Counted from the first letter of the stretch, positions 47,233 through 57,146 are shown. The stretch is 64,000 nucleotides of DNA from an uncultured Flavobacteriales bacterium (GCA_905181585.1 CAJIYG010000005.1:32615-96614); one strand, 5' to 3'. Translations and numbers: made by a program. Notes: generated from the sequence alone by a model not told the origin.

Positions 47233-48957
47233 GTGGAGGAAAGAAAAGAATTAAAGAAGAAGCAGGATGATATATTATTAGAAAATGTTACTAATGAAAT
47301 TTCAATAAATAAAGAATCCTCAATTGAAGAATTATTAATTGTATTAGATGTTATTATAAATGGATCTAAAATTATTGAAAATGCAAAAAAAGTAGAAGAA
47401 TTAAAGTCTTTATTTTATCTAAAATTAAAAGAAGACATTATTAACAGTAATGAAATCACAAAAGATAAATCAACTTATGAGATAGATTTTAAAGAAAAAA
47501 TAAATCTTTATAAAGCAAAGAAAAAAAGTATAAGAGACGAAATATTAAGAAATGAAAAAATAAATCTTAAAATAAAAACAGGCTTAATTGATGAAATTAA
47601 AGATTTAATAGAAAAAGTAGATTTAAATAAAGAAACATTTGATAGCATAAAAATTATTCAAAAAAAATGGCGAGAAACAGGCTTAGTAAGCATTAGAGAA
47701 AGAAATAATATATGGAATTTATATAATTTTAATATTGAAAGATTTTATGATTGTATACAAATTAACAGAGATTTTAGAAATTTAGATTTTAAAAAAAATC
47801 TTGAAGAAAAAAACAAAATATATAAACTAGCTGAAAATCTTCTCCAAGAAAAATCTATTAAGAAAATGCACTCTAGTCTACAAGAACTTCATGAAAAATG
47901 GAAAAATATTGGACCAGTATCAAAAGAAAATCGCGAAATAATTTGGACTAATTTTCAAAATATAAGTAAAAAAATAAATAAAAAACAAAACGATTACTTT
48001 ACTAAACTTAAAGAGCAGGACAAATTAAAAGTTGAGAGCAAAAACTTAATTTGTAGTAAAATCCATAGTTTATCTAAACAAATAACAAGCCATCAAAAAT
48101 GCCATTCATTAATTAAAGAAGTTATTGAGCTTGAGAAAAAATGGCTTAAAATTGGTAAAATAAATAGTTTAGAAAATAAAAAATGTTGGAAAAAACTTAA
48201 TGAAGCTAAATCATTATTTAATCTGAGTAAAAATGATTTTTATAAAAATAAAAAAATAGAGATTAAAACACAAATTGAAAATAAACAGAAGATTTGTGAA
48301 AAAGCTAAAATCCTTAAATCTAATACAAATTGGAAAGAGACAACAATAAAATTTATTAATTTACAGAAAGCGTGGGAAAAAGATAAAACTCAAAATTCAA
48401 CAAAAATAAATGATATTTGGAAAGAATTTAGATCACATTGTAATGAATTCTTTAATGCTAAAAAGTTATTTTTCAAAAAGTTAGATACAGAAAAAATTGA
48501 AAATTTAAAATCTAAACAAACTATATTATTAGAAATAAAAAAACTAACAATAAAAGACACAACAAAAAATATTCTTAATTCATTTGACGAAAAATGGAAT
48601 ACAATTGGCGCTCTTCCACAAGGTAGTAAGAATTTAGAATTTGAATTTGAAAAGATATTATTAAAACTTTATAATGGAATTAAAATAGATAATAAAGAAC
48701 TATCCCAAATTAAATATAAAAGAAAGATTAATAGTATTCGTAATAACGCAAAGGAATTAATAAAAGAAAAAGAAAAAATCCGAGATATTATTACTGAAAA
48801 AGTAAAAGTTATTGGACAGTATGAAAATAATAAATCTTTTATAGTACCAACAAAAAAAGAAAACCCTTTATTAGACCTAATTGAAAAGAACATTACAAAT
48901 GTAGCAAATGAAATTAATGAACTTAAAAAGAAATTACAACTTTTAAATTCATTCTAA
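47233..48957 (+). CDS. DUF349 repeat protein
   Basis: 574 aa, Lys/Glu-rich, GTG start. There are five copies of a ~75-aa repeat with the core (K/E)KW..IG.......(I/C)W..F. Confidence 0.6.
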   Translation: MEERKELKKKQDDILLENVTNEISINKESSIEELLIVLDVIINGSKIIENAKKVEELKSLFYLKLKEDIINSNEITKDKSTYEIDFKEKINLYKAKKKSIRDEILRNEKINLKIKTGLIDEIKDLIEKVDLNKETFDSIKIIQKKWRETGLVSIRERNNIWNLYNFNIERFYDCIQINRDFRNLDFKKNLEEKNKIYKLAENLLQEKSIKKMHSSLQELHEKWKNIGPVSKENREIIWTNFQNISKKINKKQNDYFTKLKEQDKLKVESKNLICSKIHSLSKQITSHQKCHSLIKEVIELEKKWLKIGKINSLENKKCWKKLNEAKSLFNLSKNDFYKNKKIEIKTQIENKQKICEKAKILKSNTNWKETTIKFINLQKAWEKDKTQNSTKINDIWKEFRSHCNEFFNAKKLFFKKLDTEKIENLKSKQTILLEIKKLTIKDTTKNILNSFDEKWNTIGALPQGSKNLEFEFEKILLKLYNGIKIDNKELSQIKYKRKINSIRNNAKELIKEKEKIRDIITEKVKVIGQYENNKSFIVPTKKENPLLDLIEKNITNVANEINELKKKLQLLNSF

Positions 48958-48960
48958 ATT

Positions 48961-50946
48961 ATGGATTTTCAATTAATCTCTGAGTTTAATCCAACTGGAG
49001 ATCAGCCAAAAGCAATAAATGAATTAGTAGCAGGTCTTAAAGAACAAGACAGGTTTCAAACATTATTAGGAGTCACAGGTTCAGGAAAGACATTTACTAT
49101 AGCCAATGTAGTCACTAAAATAAATAGGCCAACTCTGGTTCTTTGCCATAATAAGACATTAGCAGCACAGCTTTTTAGTGAATTTAAACAGTTCTTTCCA
49201 AATAATTTGGTGGAGTACTTTGTGTCATACTATGATTATTACCAGCCAGAGGCTTATATTCCCAGTTCAGGAACTTACATAGAAAAAGATTTATCTATTA
49301 ATGAAGAAATAGAAAAATATAGATTAAGTACTACATCGGCACTTCTTTCAGGAAGAAAAGATGTAATTGTTGTTGCTTCAGTTTCTTGTATCTATGGAAT
49401 TGGTAATCCGGATGATTTTCATGAAGGAATAATAGAAATTGCTTTAGAACAAACTATTAATAGAAATGATTTTTTACTATTATTAGTACAAGCACTTTAC
49501 TCTAGAACAACTGCTGAATTTAATAGAGGGAACTTTAGAGTAAACGGAGATACTGTTGATATTTATCCAGGATATAATGACATTATTTATAGAATACATT
49601 TTTTTGGTAATGAAATAGAAGAAATAGAAAGTATAAATCCTGAGAGTGGAAATATAATAGAATCGTTAAATGATCTAAGAATATTTCCAGCAAGTATTTT
49701 TATTGCATCTAAAGAAAAAATACATGAATCTATTGCTGAGATACAAGATGATTTAGTAAAACAAATAGATTTTTTCAAATCAAACGAATTAAGTCTAGAA
49801 GCTAAAAGAATTGAAGAAAGAACAAATTTTGATCTAGAAATGATTAAAGAATTAGGGTATTGTTCAGGTATTGAAAATTATTCAAGATATTTTGATAGAC
49901 GTAAAGCAGGAACACGACCATTTTGTCTGATTGATTACTTTCCTGAAGAATTTCTGACTGTCATAGATGAAAGTCATGTTACTGTTTCACAAATTAAAGC
50001 TATGTATGGCGGAGATAAATCAAGAAAAATCAACCTTGTTGAACACGGCTTCAGATTACCTGCAGCAATGGATAATAGGCCTTTAAAATTTGAAGAATTT
50101 GAAGAAATAAACCATCAAACAATATTTGTAAGTGCAACACCAGCTGATTATGAACTTGAAAAATGTAATGGTGTTATAGTTGAACAAATTATTAGACCTA
50201 CAGGCTTATTAGAACCAATAATTTCTGTAAGACCAAGTATAAATCAAATTGATAATTTATTAGAGGAAATAAGAATTAGAATAATAAAAAAAGAAAGAAT
50301 ACTTGTAACAACTCTTACAAAAAAAATGGCTGAAGAGTTTAGTAAATATTTAGGAAGGTTTAATATTAAATGTAAGTATATTCATTCGGATGTTGATACA
50401 ATTGAAAGAGTAGAGATACTTCAGGAACTTAAATCTGGCATAATTGATGTCTTAATTGGTGTTAACTTACTAAGAGAAGGACTAGATTTACCTGAAGTAA
50501 GTCTTGTTGCTATTATGGATGCTGATAAAGAAGGCTTTTTAAGATCAGAAAGAGCACTTATACAAACCTCTGGAAGAGCAGCTCGAAATATCAATGGGTT
50601 GGTTATTATGTATGCAGATAAAATAACTAAATCAATGAAAAAAACAATTGATGAAACAAATAGAAAAAGGATTAAGCAAGAAGATTATAATAAAAAAAAT
50701 AACATCATTCCAACTCAAATTGTTAGCAAAAATAATAATGCCCTAATGGAAAAGCTAAATCCATACAAAGCTAAAAATCAAAAGTCAAAAGAAATAAATA
50801 TTAATGATTTAGATCAAAATCAAATTAAAAAACTCATCACAAAAACTAAAAGTAAAATCAATAAAAAAGTAAAAGAATTAGATTTTATAGAGGCAAAAAA
50901 GCTAAGAGACTTTCTTTTTGAGCTTGAAGGAAAAATTAATGCATAA
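48961..50946 (+). CDS. uvrB: Excinuclease ABC subunit B
   Basis: Walker A GVTGSGKT, YYDYYQPEAY beta-hairpin region, DESH, helicase motifs and a C-terminal UVR domain. Confidence 0.95.
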   Translation: MDFQLISEFNPTGDQPKAINELVAGLKEQDRFQTLLGVTGSGKTFTIANVVTKINRPTLVLCHNKTLAAQLFSEFKQFFPNNLVEYFVSYYDYYQPEAYIPSSGTYIEKDLSINEEIEKYRLSTTSALLSGRKDVIVVASVSCIYGIGNPDDFHEGIIEIALEQTINRNDFLLLLVQALYSRTTAEFNRGNFRVNGDTVDIYPGYNDIIYRIHFFGNEIEEIESINPESGNIIESLNDLRIFPASIFIASKEKIHESIAEIQDDLVKQIDFFKSNELSLEAKRIEERTNFDLEMIKELGYCSGIENYSRYFDRRKAGTRPFCLIDYFPEEFLTVIDESHVTVSQIKAMYGGDKSRKINLVEHGFRLPAAMDNRPLKFEEFEEINHQTIFVSATPADYELEKCNGVIVEQIIRPTGLLEPIISVRPSINQIDNLLEEIRIRIIKKERILVTTLTKKMAEEFSKYLGRFNIKCKYIHSDVDTIERVEILQELKSGIIDVLIGVNLLREGLDLPEVSLVAIMDADKEGFLRSERALIQTSGRAARNINGLVIMYADKITKSMKKTIDETNRKRIKQEDYNKKNNIIPTQIVSKNNNALMEKLNPYKAKNQKSKEININDLDQNQIKKLITKTKSKINKKVKELDFIEAKKLRDFLFELEGKINA

Positions 50947-50978
50947 AAAAAGCAGTCTTAAAAAAGACTGCTTCTTTA
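50947..50978. terminator. Bidirectional Rho-independent terminator shared by uvrB and the csp gene
   Basis: A 9-bp perfect stem, AGCAGTCTT - AAAA - AAGACTGCT, flanked by an A-run and a T-rich tail. Confidence 0.75.
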
Positions 50979-50996
50979 TAATTGAAATGATGCTAT

Positions 50997-51194
50997 TTAA
51001 GCGTCAACAATATTTTTAGCTACAGGTCCTTTTTCACCTTCAGCTGCTTCAAAAGATACTGATGAACCCTCCTTAAGAGTTTTATATCCATCAGATTGTA
51101 TTTCTTGAAAATGCGCAAAATAATCAGTTCCATCTGAACCTTCTATAAAACCATATCCTTTGCTTGAGTTAAACCATTTTACTGTTCCTTCCAT
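50997..51194 (-). CDS. Cold-shock domain protein (CspA family)
   Basis: GTVKWFN..KGYGFI (RNP1) and DYFAHF (RNP2). 65 aa. Confidence 0.9.
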   Translation of the reverse strand: MEGTVKWFNSSKGYGFIEGSDGTDYFAHFQEIQSDGYKTLKEGSSVSFEAAEGEKGPVAKNIVDA

Positions 51195-51249
51195 AATTGT
51201 TTATTTAATTTAATTAATAATACGTGGGAACAACCCCACAAAAACTTTG

Positions 51250-51257
51250 CAAATATA
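51250..51257 (-). promoter_or_regulatory. -7 promoter box (TATATTTG) for the csp gene, giving a ~50-nt leader
   Basis: Exact TAnnTTTG on the minus strand, 56 nt upstream of the start. The leader contains the hairpin GTGGG-GTTGTT-CCCAC (plus-strand 51224-51239). Confidence 0.4.
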
Positions 51258-51278
51258 CTTAAATAATTGAGATATAGA

Positions 51279-52154
51279 CTAAATCTTTGATTTTGATGCT
51301 AATAGTGTGTTTTTTAACAACATTGCAATTGTCATAGGCCCTACTCCACCAGGTACGGGAGTTATAAAACTACATTTTTGAGAAACTTCCGAAAAATTAA
51401 CATCTCCAATTAATTTCCATCCTGACTTAGTTATTTCAGATTTTACTCTACTAATACCTACATCAATTACGCAGGCTCCATCTTTTACCATATCAGCGGT
51501 TATAAAATTTGCTTTTCCTAAAGCAACTATTAATATATCTGCTTTAAGACATAGTTCTTTTAAATTAGTTGTTCTACTATGCGCCAGGGTAACAGTTGCA
51601 TTTCCTGGATTTGTATTTCTAGACATTAAAATACTCATTGGAGATCCAACTATATTACTTCTTCCAACTACAACACAGTTCTTTCCACTAGTTTCAATAT
51701 TATATCTAGAAATAAGCTCTATTATTCCAGCAGGAGTAGCTGAGATAAAGGTTGGAAGATTGAGCACCATATTTCCAACATTTAATGGATGAAATCCATC
51801 AACATCTTTAGATGATAGAATAGAGTTTGTCACTAAACTTTCATCAAAGTTTTTAGGTAAAGGAAGCTGAACAATTAAACCGTCTATATCTTCGTTATTA
51901 TTAACCTTTTCAATCTCATTTAGAAGAATGTTTTGAGAAATATTTTCATCTAATCTAATTAGAGTTGATTTAAAACCCACTCTTTCACAAGCTTTCACTT
52001 TAGCATTAACATAAGTTTGACTAGCACCGTTATTACCAACTAAAATAGCAGCAAGATGAGGCTGTTTTCCTGAAGATTTTAAAATTTCATTTACTTCTTT
52101 AGAAATTTCATCTTTAATATCATTAGAAATTTTTTTTCCATCTAGAATTTTCAT
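51279..52154 (-). CDS. folD: Bifunctional methylenetetrahydrofolate dehydrogenase / methenyl-THF cyclohydrolase
   Basis: ASQTYV..K, VQLPLP, GRSNIVG.P and TPVPGGVGPMT motifs. Confidence 0.9.
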   Translation of the reverse strand: MKILDGKKISNDIKDEISKEVNEILKSSGKQPHLAAILVGNNGASQTYVNAKVKACERVGFKSTLIRLDENISQNILLNEIEKVNNNEDIDGLIVQLPLPKNFDESLVTNSILSSKDVDGFHPLNVGNMVLNLPTFISATPAGIIELISRYNIETSGKNCVVVGRSNIVGSPMSILMSRNTNPGNATVTLAHSRTTNLKELCLKADILIVALGKANFITADMVKDGACVIDVGISRVKSEITKSGWKLIGDVNFSEVSQKCSFITPVPGGVGPMTIAMLLKNTLLASKSKI

Positions 52155-52155
52155 A

Positions 52156-53496
52156 TTAAAATTTTGGCATATTATTTCCCTTCATCATTTCCATCATTTT
52201 GGAGGCACCTCCTCCCTGCATCATTTTCATCATTTTACTCATTTGATTAAATTGCTTAATGAGTTGATTAATTTCTTGAACATTAGAACCACTTCCATCA
52301 GCAATTCTCTTTTTCCTACTTCCATTTAAAATAATAGGATTACTTCTCTCTTCAGGCGTCATTGAGTGTATAATAGATTCAATCCCTTTGAAAGAATCAT
52401 TATCAATATCAGCATCTTTAATAGATTTACCAACTCCAGGAATCATAGATGCTAAGTCTTTAATATTACCCATTTTTTTCACCTGCTGTATTTGACTTAG
52501 AAAATCATCAAAACCAAAGGAGTTTTTAGCTATTTTCTTCTGGATTTTTCTTGCGTCCTCTTCATTAAATTGCTGTTGAGCTCTCTCCACAAGAGATATG
52601 ACATCTCCCATTCCAAGAATTCTTCCTGCCATTCTATCTGGGTAAAAAACATCTAAACCATCCATTTTCTCAGAAGTTCCAATAAATTTAATAGGTTTGT
52701 CTACAACTGATCTTATTGTTAATGCTGCTCCTCCTCTTGTATCTCCATCTAGCTTAGTTAGAACAACTCCATTAAAATCTAATTTTTCATTAAAAGATTT
52801 TGCAGTATTTACAGCATCTTGGCCTGTCATAGCATCAACAACAAATAAGGTTTCATTTGGCTTAATATTATCTTTAATTAAGCCGATTTCATTCATCATT
52901 TGTTCATCAATAGCTAATCTTCCTGCTGTATCAATAATAACAACGTCTTTAGAATTTTGTTTTGCAAAGGAAATTGCATTATTAGCAATTTCTACAGGGT
53001 TTTTATTTTCTTCTTCTTTATAAACTGAAACACCCACTTCTTCAGATAAAACTGATATCTGATTTATTGCAGCAGGTCTATATATGTCACAAGCAACTAA
53101 AAGTGGATTCTTTTTAAATTTTGTTTTCAGAAGCAAAGCTAACTTACCACAAAATGTTGTTTTACCTGACCCCTGTAATCCTGCAACAAGTATTATCGTT
53201 GGTTTAGATGAAAGATCTAAATCGGACTTTTCACTCCCCATTAAATTGGAGAGTTCGTCTTTCATTATTTTAGTTAATAATTCACCAGGCTTAAGAGTTG
53301 TCAAAACTTCTTGACCAAGCGCTTTTTCTTTAACAGTAGCTGTAAATTCTTTGGCAGTTTTAAAATCAACATCAGCAGAAATCAGTGCTTTTCTAATTTC
53401 TTTCATCGTCTGAGCTACATTGATTTCAGAAATACTTCCTTGACCCTTTAATATTTTAAAGGCTTTGTCAAGCTTATTGGATAAATTATCAAACAT
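52156..53496 (-). CDS. ffh: Signal recognition particle protein Ffh
   Basis: NG domain GLQGSGKTT, DTAGR and TKLDGD motifs. Met-rich M domain at the C-terminus. Confidence 0.9.
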   Translation of the reverse strand: MFDNLSNKLDKAFKILKGQGSISEINVAQTMKEIRKALISADVDFKTAKEFTATVKEKALGQEVLTTLKPGELLTKIMKDELSNLMGSEKSDLDLSSKPTIILVAGLQGSGKTTFCGKLALLLKTKFKKNPLLVACDIYRPAAINQISVLSEEVGVSVYKEEENKNPVEIANNAISFAKQNSKDVVIIDTAGRLAIDEQMMNEIGLIKDNIKPNETLFVVDAMTGQDAVNTAKSFNEKLDFNGVVLTKLDGDTRGGAALTIRSVVDKPIKFIGTSEKMDGLDVFYPDRMAGRILGMGDVISLVERAQQQFNEEDARKIQKKIAKNSFGFDDFLSQIQQVKKMGNIKDLASMIPGVGKSIKDADIDNDSFKGIESIIHSMTPEERSNPIILNGSRKKRIADGSGSNVQEINQLIKQFNQMSKMMKMMQGGGASKMMEMMKGNNMPKF

Positions 53497-53512
53497 TAAA
53501 TAAATTTTTTAA

Positions 53513-53520
53513 CAAAAATA
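53513..53520 (-). promoter_or_regulatory. -7 promoter box (TATTTTTG) for ffh
   Basis: Exact TAnnTTTG on the minus strand. The G is 17 nt upstream of the start at 53496. Confidence 0.4.
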
Positions 53521-53535
53521 AAGATTTATAAAAAC

Positions 53536-54519
53536 TTAATTATCAAAAATTGAATTAACAAATTCCTTACTATTAAATAATTGTAAATCATCAATCCCTT
53601 CACCAACACCAATGTAACGAACAGGAATATTAAATTGATCAGAAATCCCAATAACTACTCCTCCCTTAGCACTTCCATCAAGCTTTGTTAATGCCAATGA
53701 AGTAACTTTAGTAGCTGCAGTAAATTGCTTTGCCTGTTCTATAGCATTTTGACCCGTCGAAGCATCTAAAACTAACATTACATCATGCGGTGCATTTGGA
53801 ATAATCTTATGCATCACATTTTTAATTTTGGTCAATTCATTCATTAAATTAATCTTATTATGCAATCGACCTGCCGTATCAATAATTACAACATCAGCAT
53901 TTTTAGCTTTAGCAGATTGTAATGTATCAAATGCAACTGAAGCGGGATCAGATCCCATTTCCTGCTTTACAATCTCAACCCCCACCCTATCTGCCCAAAT
54001 TGATATTTGGTCTACAGCAGCAGCTCTAAAAGTGTCTCCAGCGCCAAGAACTACTTTTAAACCAGCACTTTTAAATTTATAAGCAAGTTTTCCAATGGTA
54101 GTGGTTTTACCCACACCATTTACTCCAACAACCATAATAACATAAGGTTCATTTACTTTAGGAATAACAAATTCTTCTAAGTCTTCTTGGATAAAGAGAT
54201 TAGAAATTTCTTCTCTTAAAATAGAATACAGATCTTCAGTATTTATATACTTGTTTTTCTTTACTCTTAATTCAAGATTATTAATTATTTTAAGAGTAGT
54301 TTCCACTCCAATATCTGATGAAATTAAAATTTCCTCAAAATCATCTAAATCATTATCATCAATTTTTGACTTACCGGCAATTTTCTTAGAAATCTTATCA
54401 AAGAAGTTACTTTTAGTTTTATTCAAACTATCATCTAACTTTTGCTTATCAATCTCTTTATCTTCTTGAGATTTATTCTCCCTACTAAATATGTTTTTAA
54501 ACTTATCAAACAATGCCAT
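53536..54519 (-). CDS. ftsY: Signal recognition particle receptor FtsY
   Basis: GVNGVGKTTT, DTAGR and TKLDGSAKGG motifs. I prefer the start MALFDKFK at 54519, because the longer listed ORF would run through the terminator hairpin at 54544-54570. Confidence 0.9.
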   Translation of the reverse strand: MALFDKFKNIFSRENKSQEDKEIDKQKLDDSLNKTKSNFFDKISKKIAGKSKIDDNDLDDFEEILISSDIGVETTLKIINNLELRVKKNKYINTEDLYSILREEISNLFIQEDLEEFVIPKVNEPYVIMVVGVNGVGKTTTIGKLAYKFKSAGLKVVLGAGDTFRAAAVDQISIWADRVGVEIVKQEMGSDPASVAFDTLQSAKAKNADVVIIDTAGRLHNKINLMNELTKIKNVMHKIIPNAPHDVMLVLDASTGQNAIEQAKQFTAATKVTSLALTKLDGSAKGGVVIGISDQFNIPVRYIGVGEGIDDLQLFNSKEFVNSIFDN

Positions 54520-54535
54520 AATATAATCAATAATT

Positions 54536-54570
54536 AAAAAAAAAGCTTCTTTCAAAAATAGAAAGAAGCT
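54536..54570 (-). terminator. Rho-independent terminator/attenuator after the DUF4295 gene
   Basis: A perfect 10-bp inverted repeat, AGCTTCTTTC - 7 nt loop - GAAAGAAGCT (54544-54570), is followed on the minus strand by a T8 run (plus-strand A8 at 54536-43). Confidence 0.6.
54553..54560 (-). promoter_or_regulatory. Candidate -7 box (TATTTTTG) for ftsY embedded in the terminator loop
   Basis: Exact TAnnTTTG on the minus strand, spanning the hairpin loop and the first stem base. The G is 34 nt upstream of the ftsY start at 54519. Confidence 0.3.
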
Positions 54571-54594
54571 AGTTATTAAACGAAAAAATAAAAA

Positions 54595-54747
54595 TTACTT
54601 TTTAGCTAAAAATTCATTTACTTTCTCTTTTGGAACTATTTCAGATTTGAATGAATAAGAACCATTTTGATTTTTAACAACTTTAACTGCCTTAGTAAAG
54701 GCTTTTGCTCCTTTTTTTTGTAATGATGCAACTGTTTTCTTTGCCAT
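54595..54747 (-). CDS. DUF4295-like 50-aa basic mini-protein (not in the supplied ORF track)
   Basis: Translated by hand: MAKKTVASLQKKGAKAFTKAVKVVKNQNGSYSFKSEIVPKEKVNEFLAKK*. It starts 1 nt after the rpmG stop. Its position between L33 and ftsY matches the DUF4295 family of Bacteroidota. Confidence 0.65.
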   Translation of the reverse strand: MAKKTVASLQKKGAKAFTKAVKVVKNQNGSYSFKSEIVPKEKVNEFLAKK

Positions 54748-54748
54748 T

Positions 54749-54931
54749 TTATTTTATTTCTTTGTGAATAGTCATTTTCTTTAAAACAGGATTAAATTTC
54801 TTTAATTCTAATCTATCAGGAGTGTTTTTCTTGTTCTTAGTTGAAATATAACGAGATGTTCCTGGTTTGCCGCTTGCTTTATGCTCAGTACACTCGAGAA
54901 TTACCTGAATTCTATTTCCTTTTTTTGCCAT
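54749..54931 (-). CDS. rpmG: 50S ribosomal protein L33
   Basis: 60 aa, [18 protein letters not shown]...[21 protein letters not shown], which is canonical L33. Confidence 0.9.
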   Translation of the reverse strand: MAKKGNRIQVILECTEHKASGKPGTSRYISTKNKKNTPDRLELKKFNPVLKKMTIHKEIK

Positions 54932-54953
54932 TTTTTCTAAATTTATTGGGTTG

Positions 54954-54961
54954 CAAATTTA
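54954..54961 (-). promoter_or_regulatory. -7 promoter box (TAAATTTG) for rpmG-DUF4295
   Basis: Exact TAnnTTTG on the minus strand. The G is 23 nt upstream of the rpmG start at 54931. Confidence 0.45.
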
Positions 54962-54989
54962 ATTAATTTTTGTAAAATCTGTACAAGAG

Positions 54990-56636
54990 TTATATCTTTT
55001 TTACATTAACATAAAACAAGTCATCTCTTATTCTAAAATCTAAAGGATCAAATTCACCTAAATTAATCTCTTGCCATTTGTCATTTGGATAAATTTTATA
55101 CTCTATTAAACCATTACTAACAATAATTGGCATATTAAATCCGTCAATTGCATCCCACTTAAAAATTAGATTAGTATTCCTTCCTACTGTCTTTAATTTA
55201 TATTTAAACTCGGGAATTGAAGTTTGCTCTAAATATTGTTTAAAAAAAATAGTTAAATCCATATTGAGATTTAAATTAAAATATTTGATTATATCTTCTC
55301 CATCAACTGTTGAGGTACTTTTTTCAAGGAAAATATTTTTCAGAGATTTAAACCATATTGAATCATTATCTAAAAAACTTCTTAAAGTATGAAGCATTAG
55401 TGATCCTTTGCTATACATATCTCCACTTCCTTTACAATTAACATGATAATCTCCAAGTATTGGTTTATCATTACGAATTGATTTTTTTTGATTATTTACA
55501 TATTCTAACATTTTATCATAGCCATGCAGACATTCTACATAAAGCACTTCTGAGTAAGTACAAAAACCTTCATGAACCCACATATCAGCAATATCATTTG
55601 ATGTAATACTATTACCCCACCACTCATGACCTGTTTCATGTACGATAATAAAATCAAAATCCAGATCAGAAATATATTTAGTATTTCCTCTATATCCCGG
55701 TAAATAATTATTGCCATATGCTATAGCACTTTGATGTTCCATACCCAAATATGAAGTTTCAACTAAAGCATAGCCATCATTAAAAAAAGGATATTGTCCA
55801 AAATAAAATTCAAAACATTTTAACATTGGTTTAACTTGTTGAAAGTGTTTGTATGCCTTTTCTTTATTGTAGGATAGTACATAATAATCTAAATCCAAAG
55901 TATCTTCTTTACTTATATACTTATCTTTAAAATTTATATAATCTCCTATATTTAGAGTAACATTATAGTTATTAATTGGGTAAGAAACAAACCAAGAAGA
56001 GACTCTACTTTTCTTATTATCTCTGTTAATAAAAGTTGAATCAGAAATTAAATTTCCATTAGATATAATAGGTAAATTTTTATTAATTGTAAAGGTTATT
56101 TTCATACTGTCCGGCTCATCTGATTGATGATCCTTACAAGGCCACCATGAACTAGCCCCTAAACCTTGGCATGAAACACCAACCCAATCATTATTATTAT
56201 CATCTTTTCGCCAGGAAAAACCTCCATCCCATGGGGGGTTTTTGGCTTCTTGGGGTACACCAAAATAGTTACACTTTATTTTAATTTTTTCACCTTCAAA
56301 AATTAATCTTGGAAATTTCACAAAAACAGCATCATATTCTCTTGAGAATTCTAATAAAGAGCCTTCAAACTCGATAGAATTAATTTTTAAATGTTTAAAT
56401 AAATCTATTTGAATTTTATTAAAATCATTGACAGCTATAAAATAAAGTGTGTTAGAAGATTCCTCTAATGTTTTTTTCTCCAAATCAAGATGTATATCTA
56501 AATCATAAAAAAAAACATCATAACAATTCCTTAAAGAGGATAAATTCCCTCTTAAACTATCTCCTTTTGAATAATTCTGAGAAAAAAGATTAGTACTTAT
56601 ACTACATATTAAAATGTAGAAAATTAATCTTTTCAT
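54990..56636 (-). CDS. Exported M1 family zinc metallopeptidase (aminopeptidase N-like)
   Basis: Signal peptide. GMEHQS (GxMEN-like) exopeptidase motif. HETGHEWWGN zinc site with downstream WVHEGF glutamate. Confidence 0.8.
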   Translation of the reverse strand: MKRLIFYILICSISTNLFSQNYSKGDSLRGNLSSLRNCYDVFFYDLDIHLDLEKKTLEESSNTLYFIAVNDFNKIQIDLFKHLKINSIEFEGSLLEFSREYDAVFVKFPRLIFEGEKIKIKCNYFGVPQEAKNPPWDGGFSWRKDDNNNDWVGVSCQGLGASSWWPCKDHQSDEPDSMKITFTINKNLPIISNGNLISDSTFINRDNKKSRVSSWFVSYPINNYNVTLNIGDYINFKDKYISKEDTLDLDYYVLSYNKEKAYKHFQQVKPMLKCFEFYFGQYPFFNDGYALVETSYLGMEHQSAIAYGNNYLPGYRGNTKYISDLDFDFIIVHETGHEWWGNSITSNDIADMWVHEGFCTYSEVLYVECLHGYDKMLEYVNNQKKSIRNDKPILGDYHVNCKGSGDMYSKGSLMLHTLRSFLDNDSIWFKSLKNIFLEKSTSTVDGEDIIKYFNLNLNMDLTIFFKQYLEQTSIPEFKYKLKTVGRNTNLIFKWDAIDGFNMPIIVSNGLIEYKIYPNDKWQEINLGEFDPLDFRIRDDLFYVNVKKI

Positions 56637-56653
56637 TTTAAAGAAAATTATTT

Positions 56654-57136
56654 TTATCTAGTCAAATCTATTGAACAATCAATAGAGTCAAGTTGTCCAG
56701 GAATTAATTCAAATGAAAATATTACATCCATATTACCTGTTGAGTCAGAAAGAACACCATCTCCTTGAATATCCACAGTGATATCAATAGGAAGATTATT
56801 TAAGTTTAACTGAGCCTGAAAAGGTTGTGGCTGAATATTAAAAACGCCTGCACTATTAATTGAGGCTAAAATAATATTTTCTCCTGCTTCAATAAAAATA
56901 TTTGATAAAGTGTCAGATAAAACATTCACAGAATCAGGTAACTCTTCATCTAAAGAAATAATTGTATTTCCAAATTCATAGTCTTCACATAAAGAATTCA
57001 TAACCCAAACTCCTTCAGCATCTTCTAAATTAAAAAAATCTAACGGCCCTAGCTCATCTTCACCTCCACTACTACAAGAAGAGATAAGTGAGAAAATTAA
57101 AAAAGTTTTTGTAAAAAGTGATAAAATATTTTTCAT
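56654..57136 (-). CDS. Lipoprotein of unknown family, paralogue of the upstream gene
   Basis: Lipobox LISSC. Its ~125-aa domain, bracketed by the conserved W..N..CED and (S/I)DC motifs, aligns by eye with the C-terminal domain of the 57147-57758 product. Confidence 0.5.
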   Translation of the reverse strand: MKNILSLFTKTFLIFSLISSCSSGGEDELGPLDFFNLEDAEGVWVMNSLCEDYEFGNTIISLDEELPDSVNVLSDTLSNIFIEAGENIILASINSAGVFNIQPQPFQAQLNLNNLPIDITVDIQGDGVLSDSTGNMDVIFSFELIPGQLDSIDCSIDLTR

Positions 57137-57146
57137 TGTTAATTTA

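Noticed and set aside
52697-54469. Plus-strand ORFs of 72-108 aa inside ffh and ftsY (52697-53023, 53084-53314, 53828-54082, 54251-54469), and similar short ORFs elsewhere (e.g. 686-871, 1034-1264, 4330-4632, 9072-9269, 10212-10442, 17311-17493, 24162-24371, 26793-26993, 34729-34911, 37143-37546, 40159-40344, 42778-42972, 48669-48893, 49587-49778, 55535-55717, 59675-59968, 62722-63015)
   Set aside because: They are shadow ORFs embedded in well-supported genes, either antisense or in an alternative frame. Their low-complexity, Ile/Leu/Ser/Phe-rich translations are typical of alternative frames in AT-rich DNA, and they have no recognisable motifs.
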